NCBI GenBank assembly: GCA_964566925.1
Contig: CAZMIZ010000003.1
Coordinates: forward strand, 30,792 to 94,791
From: an uncultured Gammaproteobacteria bacterium
GTDB taxonomy: Bacteria; Patescibacteriota; Microgenomatia; PFEM01; DATLAM01
Direction of reading: 5' to 3'
Length of the DNA: 64,000 nt
This document shows positions 55,980 through 64,000 of this stretch, one piece after another (position 1 is the first letter of the stretch; the number at the start of each line of letters is the position of its first letter). A program made the translations under genes and the position numbers. The notes under the pieces are model-generated. The model saw only the letters and a program-made list of their open reading frames with translations, searched no databases and was not told where the DNA came from.

Positions 55980-57081
55980 AAACTCCTAGGGTTTGTTTGG
56001 CCATTTTCTGCCAACTGTATTTTTTAACCTGCTTCAAACCTTGTTTTTTCAACCGCTCTCTTAATTTCTTCTTTTGAATCACTTTTTTGATTTTTTTGAC
56101 AAGATCTTCTATATCGGTCGGGTCAAAATATAAAGCGGCCTCACCGTAAACCTCTTTTAAGACCGGAATGGCTGAAGCAAGAACTGGACAACCAGTAGCC
56201 ATCGCTTCTAAGCCAATCAGGCCAAAACCTTCAAGCAGCGAAGGTAAAACAAAGGCTTCCGCCTTTTGATAAAGAGCGGCGAGTTCGTTATCGGGGATAA
56301 AACCGGCAAAATTGACAAACTTCTCGGCCTCCAGGTGGGCAACCTTTCTCATAAACCTCTGGTAAAAAATGCTTCTGGCGCAAACCACCACCAGAACTAA
56401 ACGAAGACGCTTAGCCGCCCTGACTAAGCGCTCAACATTCTTGTGGGGATAGAGGCTGCCAGTATAAATGAGAAATGGCTCCTGAATATCGTATTTTTCC
56501 AAAATCCCATTTGCTTCTCGAGGACTCATGTTGGGCTTCCAAAAAGACTCCCCCACCCCTTCGTAAATAGCGACCACCTTTCCCTGGGAAAGCTTGTATC
56601 GGCTGATCAATTCGCTTTTCCACCACTGGCTGGGAACAACGATTTTAGCCGCTCTTTTAATGGCAATGGCCATCACCAATTTGTAAACCCAATATTTTAA
56701 CCAATAAAATGGTCGCCAACGAGTGGTTGTTTCTGAACCCTTTGACTGATGTTTAATCAAATCATGAATGGTCACCACTTGTTTTCCCCACCAAAAGATC
56801 GGCACATTGAAATGAGGAAAATGGGCCAAGTCAGGTTTCAGTTTAATTAATTGAAGCGGGAGGAAAATTTGCTCTTTAAATGAATAATGGGAATAATCAG
56901 CTAAAATTTTTTTAAACCTTTTATTCTTAAACCTTAAGGCGCGAAAGTATTTTTTTCTTAAGAGGATCAGATAATCATTATTTTTATCCAGCTTTTCAAT
57001 CTGGTTAACCAAATTCATTACATACCGGCCAATACCGGCATGCTCTAATCCATACATCCTAGCATCAATAAGAATTTTCAT
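55957..57081 (-). CDS. GT4 glycosyltransferase
   Basis: EGFGLIGLEAMATGCPVLA. Confidence 0.75.
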   Translation of the reverse strand: MKILIDARMYGLEHAGIGRYVMNLVNQIEKLDKNNDYLILLRKKYFRALRFKNKRFKKILADYSHYSFKEQIFLPLQLIKLKPDLAHFPHFNVPIFWWGKQVVTIHDLIKHQSKGSETTTRWRPFYWLKYWVYKLVMAIAIKRAAKIVVPSQWWKSELISRYKLSQGKVVAIYEGVGESFWKPNMSPREANGILEKYDIQEPFLIYTGSLYPHKNVERLVRAAKRLRLVLVVVCARSIFYQRFMRKVAHLEAEKFVNFAGFIPDNELAALYQKAEAFVLPSLLEGFGLIGLEAMATGCPVLASAIPVLKEVYGEAALYFDPTDIEDLVKKIKKVIQKKKLRERLKKQGLKQVKKYSWQKMAKQTLGVYESCFSL

Positions 57082-57091
57082 AAAAATTTCG

Positions 57092-58027
57092 TCAACGTGA
57101 AGCTTTTAATAATCTTATTTTTTCAAGCAAACCAATTCCCTTCATGACCAGCCAGGCAATAATCTTCGGATATCTATTCTGATAGTGTTTCTGGTAAAAG
57201 ATTCGCATCACCTCAGTCGAAGATCGAGCGGCGCGCATTTTTGTTTCTTTTGTCGCCGTCGTCAATTCTTGAGATTGCTTTTTCATTCCAGAGGCCACCC
57301 CTTTATAATGAATAATTTTTACCTGAGGGAGAAAATAAACCTGCCAACCTTTTTCTTTTAAGCGATAACAAAAATCTAAATCTTCACCATACCAAAAGTA
57401 GTCTTCATCCCACCAATCTATCTGGTCGCCGGCCCGACGACGAACCATTAAAAAGGCGCCACAACCAGAATCAATTTCATGAGCTTTATCTAAGGGAAGA
57501 TATCCCAGTGAGTAACCAGAAAAGAATTTAATTTTAGCCAAAGCTTTGTCTAAACCCAGAAAATGAAAGAAGGCATTGCCAGGAGTGGGAAAGCCGCGGT
57601 GACAAGCGTCATCAAGTTGGCCATCAGGAAGCTCCACCCGACAAGTAGCCGCACCTACCCGGCAATGTTGATCCATAAACTCAATCATTGTTTTAAGGGT
57701 CTTGGCCGCTACTTTAGTATCCGGGTTTAAAAAAAGAAGGTAACGCCCTCGTGAGCGGGGAATTCCCAGGTTGTTGCCAGCGGCAAAGCCGATATTTTTT
57801 TTGCTTTCAACCAGCTGGACCGCTTTAAATTCCTTTTGGACCATGGCCGCTGACCCGTCAGAAGAAGCATTATCAACAACAATTATTTCATCGCTGATGA
57901 CTGATGATTGATGATTGATGGTCAATGATTGATGGTCAATGATTGATTTCAAGCATTGCCTAAGAAAATCTTTGGTATTGAAATTGAGAATGATAATCGA
58001 TAAATCAAGTTTTTTATTTTTCATCAA
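57092..58027 (-). CDS. GT2 glycosyltransferase with a repeat-encoded insert near the N-terminus
   Basis: LSIIILNFN...EIIVVDNASSDGS. Confidence 0.75.
   Translation of the reverse strand: MMKNKKLDLSIIILNFNTKDFLRQCLKSIIDHQSLTINHQSSVISDEIIVVDNASSDGSAAMVQKEFKAVQLVESKKNIGFAAGNNLGIPRSRGRYLLFLNPDTKVAAKTLKTMIEFMDQHCRVGAATCRVELPDGQLDDACHRGFPTPGNAFFHFLGLDKALAKIKFFSGYSLGYLPLDKAHEIDSGCGAFLMVRRRAGDQIDWWDEDYFWYGEDLDFCYRLKEKGWQVYFLPQVKIIHYKGVASGMKKQSQELTTATKETKMRAARSSTEVMRIFYQKHYQNRYPKIIAWLVMKGIGLLEKIRLLKASR
57895..57950. repeat. Tandem repeat block inside the GT2 5' region: 14-mer tgattgatggtcaa x2 flanked by tgattga/tgatga partial units
   Basis: Read directly; encodes IDHQSLTINHQSSV. Confidence 0.7.
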
Positions 58028-59207
58028 CGATCTTTTGAAAAACCTGTTCTAGTTTCTGGCCGATTTTTAACCAATCATAAAGTCTCTCTACCAAGGCTCG
58101 GCTGGATTTCCCTAACTGTTGACAGCGAGCTCTATTGGTTAATAATTTTACCACTTGATTGGCAAATTCTTGAGGTTCATTGGCAACCAGAACCTCTTTA
58201 TCTTTCTTTGCCCTAATACCTTCAACTCCCACTAAGGTGGTCACCACTGGCAGGCCGGCGGCCATGGCTTCTAAAATCTTAATATTCGTGCCGCTGGCCA
58301 CCCGGATAGGGGCGACAAAGATATCGCCTCGATCCAGCAATTCGTTAGCGGAGATTTTTTCCTGAACGAGCTCAATTGAGGAATCAGTCAGATATTTTTC
58401 TAACCAACCGGGCTTGAACCAACTGACTAAAATAAATTTGACGTTTTTTACTCTTCTCTTAATTTCGGGGTAGATTTGTTTAAGAAAAAATTTCATCGCG
58501 TCATTATTGGCTTGATAAATCAGGGTGCCAATAAAAATCAGCGTCCTATCTCCTTGGTGAGTCTTAATCTTTCTAAAAGCCTGAAAATTAACTCCATTAG
58601 GAATAATAAAGCAATTATCCCCGGCGACTTGCCTGATGATCTGAGCCTCTTCCTCAGACAAAGCTAAATTAAGATCGGCTTGACACCAGAGCTTCTCTTC
58701 AAAAAGACGCATCTTGAAAACCTCCAATTTTAATAGCCAACGGAGAAGTGAAAACCTCAATGAGTCGGTATAGCGTCGATAAACCCGATATTCAATATTC
58801 TCATTTCCCATCACTGTCTTTACCCCCAGCTTCTTGGCCACCGGCAGATAAAGGGCGGGGTAAAAAGATTCAAAATGAACCAGATCATATTGTTCCCTTT
58901 GTAATTCCTCAATTAAAGCCTTTTCCAGCAGCGGCGAATAGTAAGTGGCGGCCGGGAAAGGGAGAGACGTTAGCAGGCTTCGCAAGACATTCTGCCAGGA
59001 CCAGGCTTTTTTTCTCTTAAAGAGGCGAATTTGGCGGCAAGATTTTTTCAGTTCAGGAAGATATTTCTTCTGCTCTTCATCCCGGTAATAAGAGAAAAGG
59101 GTAATCTCGTGTTTCTTGGCCAACCCCTTAATCAAATAGTAAGCCCTGATCTTGCCCCCGGAGATCAAAGGATAGGGTAAGTCATAAGTAAGAAAAAGAA
59201 TTTTCAT
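58014..59207 (-). CDS. GT4 glycosyltransferase
   Basis: N-terminal LTYDLPYPLISGGK and EGFG-type C-terminal domain. Confidence 0.7.
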   Translation of the reverse strand: MKILFLTYDLPYPLISGGKIRAYYLIKGLAKKHEITLFSYYRDEEQKKYLPELKKSCRQIRLFKRKKAWSWQNVLRSLLTSLPFPAATYYSPLLEKALIEELQREQYDLVHFESFYPALYLPVAKKLGVKTVMGNENIEYRVYRRYTDSLRFSLLRWLLKLEVFKMRLFEEKLWCQADLNLALSEEEAQIIRQVAGDNCFIIPNGVNFQAFRKIKTHQGDRTLIFIGTLIYQANNDAMKFFLKQIYPEIKRRVKNVKFILVSWFKPGWLEKYLTDSSIELVQEKISANELLDRGDIFVAPIRVASGTNIKILEAMAAGLPVVTTLVGVEGIRAKKDKEVLVANEPQEFANQVVKLLTNRARCQQLGKSSRALVERLYDWLKIGQKLEQVFQKIVDEK

Positions 59208-60616
59208 TGGAGTTTAACAATCACATAATTATTTGTTTTTTCTAAAATTTCATGATTATCCATCACCCACTGGGTTTCTTGATCAAAATTAATGTTAACG
59301 TAGTAATCCGCTCCTAAATTTTTGAACTTTTCAATTTCAATCCCTATTGGCCACCCCTGCCGATTGGTTTGGTACAAAAAGGCGGTATCGCCTCCATAAG
59401 GAGCAATCACCTTGGCTCCCGGGGGCACCAATCGGTCAACCGCCTTACCCGCCTCAACGATAACGGGATTATTGACATTGAAAAAATCGCGGACCTGGAA
59501 CCAAGAAAAAGCAAACATAAACAAAACAACACTAATTAGTAATAGACGACTGGTAATTCGGGAAAAAGATGGCCGGGGAGCCATTAAGAGAAAATGGGCT
59601 CCCTTGGCAAGAAAAACACAAATAAGAGGAATAGCTAAAATTTGATAATAATCATGGCGGACGTTGCCTCCGGCGATGATCACAAAATAGGCAAGAATTG
59701 CCATTAACCACGAATAGAAAAACCAGCCTTCCTTTTTGTTTGGCTTGGCCATTAGTCCTAACCCTAAAAGAATTAATCCCCAAAATCCCAAGATCAATTT
59801 GCCAAGTCTCTCAGCAAAGATCCAATAGAAAAAGGCCCCCTTTAGACGAATCCCGCCTTCATTAAAAAGCCAACCATAAGCCGGGATTCCTTCTGGATAA
59901 TGGCTTATCCACCAACGCCAGAGAAAAAAAGGAAGCAAGGCTATTAAGATATAAAGATATAAGGAAAAATATCTTCTGTAATTAAAACGCCACCTTCTCC
60001 AGGCTAAATAAGTAATCGGTAAAAGCAAAATGAGAGTGAAGGGTTTAATCAGGAAAGAAAAGACGGCGAAGATCCAAGCTAAAATTAACTCTAGGAATCG
60101 CGAATTATTCCCTATCCATTGGTCAAAAAAATAAATCATCCCTAGACTGGTAAAGAGCATCATTGGTTCAGGTAAAATCACTCGACTGTAGTAAATATTA
60201 AAAGGTAAAACAGCAAAGAAAAAAGCAGCTAAAAGAGCCGTCTGCTCGCTTAAATAATGCCTGGCTATTAAATAAAGAAAAAACAAAGATCCCAATGAAA
60301 AAAGAATAGAAACTAGCCTTCCCCAAACTTCCAGGCTGACTACGGGCGCGGCCTTAAAGATGGCTGCTTGGAGAAAGTTATAGATTGGAAATTCAACAAA
60401 CCGATAACCCTCTGGATTTTCCAGTCCAGAAGGCACGTTAGAAAGGTCGTCAAATCTCGGATGGAGAAGATCAAAACCATTTTTAACAAAATTCCGGGAA
60501 ACAGCACTAGTATCCGCCTGACGCCAAGAATGCCAATCAGCTAAAGGTGAATTAATTCGATAAAGCCGTAAACTAAAAGCCAAGACAATAATTAAAACGA
60601 GGGCTAACTTCTTCAT
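59204..60616 (-). CDS. GT-C membrane glycosyltransferase, ArnT/PMT-like (GT39/GT83)
   Basis: N-terminal ADWHSWRQADT loop and about 10 TM segments. Confidence 0.65.
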   Translation of the reverse strand: MKKLALVLIIVLAFSLRLYRINSPLADWHSWRQADTSAVSRNFVKNGFDLLHPRFDDLSNVPSGLENPEGYRFVEFPIYNFLQAAIFKAAPVVSLEVWGRLVSILFSLGSLFFLYLIARHYLSEQTALLAAFFFAVLPFNIYYSRVILPEPMMLFTSLGMIYFFDQWIGNNSRFLELILAWIFAVFSFLIKPFTLILLLPITYLAWRRWRFNYRRYFSLYLYILIALLPFFLWRWWISHYPEGIPAYGWLFNEGGIRLKGAFFYWIFAERLGKLILGFWGLILLGLGLMAKPNKKEGWFFYSWLMAILAYFVIIAGGNVRHDYYQILAIPLICVFLAKGAHFLLMAPRPSFSRITSRLLLISVVLFMFAFSWFQVRDFFNVNNPVIVEAGKAVDRLVPPGAKVIAPYGGDTAFLYQTNRQGWPIGIEIEKFKNLGADYYVNINFDQETQWVMDNHEILEKTNNYVIVKLQ

Positions 60617-63615
60617 CGCTTGATTTCTTTTAATTCTTTATCTTCGTAAAGGAAAACGTAAGTCTTAGGCTTATCTTCAGTCAGCTTAAGAGTTTGATCA
60701 AGGTCGTCAGTCCTCTTGACAACTAAAGTTTCATCTCGATAGATAAACCACAAGCCATCTTCTAGTCCCACAGGAAAAACCCAAGCTCGACTGAGCCGAA
60801 GAGGGAGATTGACAAAATAGAGAACCGCCTCTTGAGGAAACTCAGCGTAATTCGAGCTTAAAGCTAAAAGGGTTTGGTTGGAGAGCTCGCCGGCTTGACG
60901 CCAATCCTCCTTAACCCTAGTAAATTCCCGATTATAAAACCCAGCCAAGAGGCCGATTAACAAGCTGGCAATCACTAAACCGAAGATAAAATGGCGCTTC
61001 TTGAGAGTTTGATAAACCCAGTTTATCCCCAGACCAATCAAAATAAAAAACCCTAGGTTGGCTAAATAAACATACCTCTCGGCGATGTTCCCTAAACCCA
61101 AGAAGGGTAAAAGGAGGATGATCAGCCAGCCGATTGAGAAAAGAGTCAATTTCGTCAACTTCAAACGGGAGAGAAAAAGCTTGACTAGAAAAAGGCCAGC
61201 GATCAACAGGGCGACAGCCATTAGTTTATGAGACCGCAAAGAGACACGGGTAAGATCATAGACCGGCAGAAAACGAAAACCAGCGATGAGCTCACCAAGA
61301 TAGCCAAAAAGATTCCCAACAAAGTTAAGGGCAAAATACCTAAGATTGTAGCTATAGTCTCCACTTAACCAATGGGCCTGGGCAACATTGTTTCTGAGCC
61401 AAAAATAAACTACTGTTAAAAAACCAAAAGGCAAATAGGGAACCATTTTCTCTAACCAGCCAACTGATTTTTTAAACTGATGAAAAAGAAAATCATAAAG
61501 AAGAAGCAATAGAGGAAAAACAACCATCAGTTCATGTGAGGCTAAACCAAAGATAAAAGCTAATAAAACGGCAACGAAGAGAAACGGTTTCCATTTTTTC
61601 TGGCTCTGGCGCCACTGGAGATAAGCAATAAATCCCCAAAGAAGGAAGAAGCGGGCCAGAAGAATTGAAGTCGAAGAGATCCAGAGGACGGCTTCCGAAT
61701 TAACCGGATGGACCAGAAAAATCAGGCTGGCAATAAAGGCAACCAGTTTTTTCTTAGACAGGCGCAGCGTTAAAAGATAGGCGCCAAGAACACAACCAAA
61801 ATGGAGAGCAAAATCAAATAAATGATAACCGGCTGGGTTGAGGCCAAAAAAGGGCTTAACTAAAAGGAAATAGGTTTTGGCTAAAGGCCGATAGAAAAAA
61901 CCCTCAGCCGAAAGAAAGAACTGGGGGATATCAGCTATCCTTGAGGTGGCTGCCCACCGGAGCCAGGTAAAATCGTCGCCAACAAAATAGTTAGCCAAGC
62001 CGGTTAAGAAAACCAGGAAGGTTAAGAAGGCGAAAAAAACAATAGGAACAATCGGCCAATTGATAACTTCAATCGCCTCTTTGACCAAAGATTTTCTTCT
62101 GGGAAGATAAAAATTAATTGTCCCAACGGTAATGCCTAAAAGAATCCAAAGGGAGAAGGCTACTTTTGAAGCCTCAAAAACATCAATCAAAACCGCGTTC
62201 AGCATTAAACCTAGAACGCCGGCAGTCATCCCAATGACCATGCTTCGGCCAAAAAGAGCCTTAATCCTGGCTAAACCCTGCTTGGCTAAAAGCCCCAGAC
62301 TGAAGAAGAGGCCTAAAAAGGCAAAAAAACCTAAAAGGCCCGTCTCGCCTAAAGCCCGAAGATAACTACTATCAGTGCCGACATCGATAGCCGAATAGCC
62401 AGAGCCTAAAAGGGGATTACGTTGAAAAGCTTTATAGGCTCGAGGCCAAGTTCCTTGAAAGCGAGTGGTGAAGGAAATATCATAAACAATCGCCCTTTGA
62501 ATTAAAAACTGGCCTGAAATGGTCGCGATTTCCGAGGACATGGTGGCTGTTTTCAAGGATTTTCTGATCATCGCCACTTCAGTCGCCTCAGGCGCTTCCT
62601 TTTGAACTAACGGTAACTGGATGAAGCCCGTTCCTAAAGGCAGTTCTTCTACTTCCTGAACCGCTTCTTCTTGGACAGCGGCAATTGGTTTACCGGTGCG
62701 AGCATCATAAACCACCTCCTCTACTCTGAAAGTTTTTCCGAAGCGTCCTGAAGCTCCGGAAACATAACTCATTAGAATCAAACTAATTAAGACCACCGGG
62801 ATAATCAGCCATTTCTTTTTCTGGAGATATAAAACAAGAGAAATGGCCATTAAATAAACCATAAAAGAGATTCTAGACGCCGTAAAAAGGAGGAGGATAA
62901 AACTAGCAAAAACCAGAACCAGGAGAGGAATTTTTAAGGCCCATCTCTTTAAACCGAAAAAAAGACTCCCAAAAAGAGCAATCACTAAAACCAAATAGGC
63001 AGCCAGGTCATAGTGGCCAGCAAAGGTAGAGGTAATCCTGGCGGTCTCGGGTAGATATAAAGGCACGCCCTTGGCAAATTCCTCATTCATCGTCAGAAAG
63101 GCGGGCCAGCCCAAGAATTTTTGCCCAAAACCGTAAAGACAAACCGCCCCTAGAGCGACGGCGGCAACCAAGAGATATCTTTTTACTCTCTTGATATCTT
63201 TGATGGTGGAGGCGGCGACAAAGAAAAGAATCATGTATTCAATCCGCCGGAGATAGTGAAGAATGGCTAAATGAGGGAAGAAATTAGCTAAATGAGTCCT
63301 TAAAAAAATTAATGAAAAGAGAACAGAAATACCTCCCACCAACCAATAAACTCCAATGGGGATAACCAAGGGGGGCTTGAAAGTCACTTTCCGTCGCCAA
63401 AGCTGAATCAGCCAAAAACCAACCACGGCCGCCACCAAAACATCTTCAAGCCTGACATAAACCCAAGTATTACTGACATCCACTAAGGGAAGCTTGGGAT
63501 AAAGAGGAATAAAAAATAAAAGAAAGCTAACCCCAATCTCTAAGAGATGTTTATCAAACCACGAAAAAAATTTAGAAAATTTAAACGTGGCAGGCCATTT
63601 TAAAAGCTTTTGCAT
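60613..63615 (-). CDS. 1000-aa polytopic membrane protein: O-antigen ligase/polymerase-like N-terminal half fused to a GT-C (PMT-like) C-terminal half
   Basis: More than 20 predicted TM segments; domain assignment by overall pattern only. Confidence 0.5.
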   Translation of the reverse strand: MQKLLKWPATFKFSKFFSWFDKHLLEIGVSFLLFFIPLYPKLPLVDVSNTWVYVRLEDVLVAAVVGFWLIQLWRRKVTFKPPLVIPIGVYWLVGGISVLFSLIFLRTHLANFFPHLAILHYLRRIEYMILFFVAASTIKDIKRVKRYLLVAAVALGAVCLYGFGQKFLGWPAFLTMNEEFAKGVPLYLPETARITSTFAGHYDLAAYLVLVIALFGSLFFGLKRWALKIPLLVLVFASFILLLFTASRISFMVYLMAISLVLYLQKKKWLIIPVVLISLILMSYVSGASGRFGKTFRVEEVVYDARTGKPIAAVQEEAVQEVEELPLGTGFIQLPLVQKEAPEATEVAMIRKSLKTATMSSEIATISGQFLIQRAIVYDISFTTRFQGTWPRAYKAFQRNPLLGSGYSAIDVGTDSSYLRALGETGLLGFFAFLGLFFSLGLLAKQGLARIKALFGRSMVIGMTAGVLGLMLNAVLIDVFEASKVAFSLWILLGITVGTINFYLPRRKSLVKEAIEVINWPIVPIVFFAFLTFLVFLTGLANYFVGDDFTWLRWAATSRIADIPQFFLSAEGFFYRPLAKTYFLLVKPFFGLNPAGYHLFDFALHFGCVLGAYLLTLRLSKKKLVAFIASLIFLVHPVNSEAVLWISSTSILLARFFLLWGFIAYLQWRQSQKKWKPFLFVAVLLAFIFGLASHELMVVFPLLLLLYDFLFHQFKKSVGWLEKMVPYLPFGFLTVVYFWLRNNVAQAHWLSGDYSYNLRYFALNFVGNLFGYLGELIAGFRFLPVYDLTRVSLRSHKLMAVALLIAGLFLVKLFLSRLKLTKLTLFSIGWLIILLLPFLGLGNIAERYVYLANLGFFILIGLGINWVYQTLKKRHFIFGLVIASLLIGLLAGFYNREFTRVKEDWRQAGELSNQTLLALSSNYAEFPQEAVLYFVNLPLRLSRAWVFPVGLEDGLWFIYRDETLVVKRTDDLDQTLKLTEDKPKTYVFLYEDKELKEIKR

Positions 63616-64000
63616 AAGTCTTTTTAAGGTATTGATTGTTGGTTAAAACGCCTATCAGCCAGGCTCCGGCGGCTTTAACCTTTAAGCAAAATTTTAACAC
63701 ACTCAGCTGCCAGGGGGCAAAGTGTCTTTGGTAAAAATAAATCAAGCCTTGATAAATTCCCCAGACGGCTTTTTGTCTCCCCTGCCAACTGTCGGCAGAA
63801 CTCCCCCGAACTAAATGATAGATTTCCGCCTCAGGACAGAACCAAACCTGCCAACCCGCTTGCTTAAACCGATAACACCATTCGACTTCTTCCATATACA
63901 TAAAAAACTTTTCGTCCAAAGGGCCAGCTTTTTCAAGCGCCTCTTTTTTGACTAATAAGGCCGCCCCCATCAACCAATCCACTGGGGTAGCCTTAGCCGG
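63581..64000 (-). CDS. GT2 glycosyltransferase, C-terminal part only (gene continues beyond the window)
   Basis: FFMYMEEVEWCYR motif. Confidence 0.6.
   Translation of the reverse strand, partial: PAKATPVDWLMGAALLVKKEALEKAGPLDEKFFMYMEEVEWCYRFKQAGWQVWFCPEAEIYHLVRGSSADSWQGRQKAVWGIYQGLIYFYQRHFAPWQLSVLKFCLKVKAAGAWLIGVLTNNQYLKKTYAKAFKMACHV

Noticed and set aside
1-64000. CRISPR array, or diversity-generating retroelement or retron
   Set aside because: No regularly spaced repeat-spacer array was seen; the tandem repeats found are contiguous and 7-14 nt long. No ORF carries reverse-transcriptase motifs (YxDD) and no Cas-like proteins are present.

Overview
The window looks like a low-GC, minus-strand-dominated chromosomal region of a reduced-genome bacterium, most likely a Patescibacteria/CPR-like organism. 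Identification rests on protein motif reading only; nothing was computed. Its backbone is an unusually extended division and cell-wall (dcw) super-cluster on the minus strand. Reading from high to low coordinates it runs mraZ-rsmH-ftsL-ftsI-murE-glmU-like-pgeF-murC-murB-murA-glmS-alr-ddl, then an accessory insertion, then murF-dgkA-mraY-murI-murD-ftsW-murG-ftsQ-ftsA-ftsZ followed by one unknown gene. The accessory insertion is about 11.5 kb (about 21.9-33.6 kb) and sits between ddl and murF. It carries a two-domain GNAT protein, several lineage-specific hypothetical proteins, a membrane-anchored thermonuclease, a PD-(D/E)xK protein paired with a 4-TM protein, and a single-chain Type IIG restriction-modification enzyme. 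The RM gene's promoter/operator is duplicated in front of a small AbrB/MazE-fold ORF, and a DUF3795 gene and an HTH-like gene lie at the island edge. No integrase, tRNA attachment site or flanking direct repeats were found, so the island does not look like a classical integrative element. Upstream of the dcw cluster are gene of unknown function, glyQS, a short recO and a DUF4012 gene. Beyond these lies a surface-glycan locus: phosphoglycosyl transferase, manC, GT4 x3, GT2 x2, an ArnT/PMT-like GT and a 1000-aa polytopic membrane protein. At the left end are ileS, rodA, rplU-rpmA, an orphan parB, lepB, tRNA-Val(CAC), a SAM methyltransferase and three unknown genes. Two of those unknown genes are driven by near-identical consensus promoter-plus-hairpin cassettes. 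Other details are a degraded duplicate of a gene 3' end at 1212-1280, in-frame short tandem repeats inside murB and a GT2 gene, and a triple MraZ-box array upstream of mraZ. There is no CRISPR array, rRNA, transposase or reverse transcriptase.
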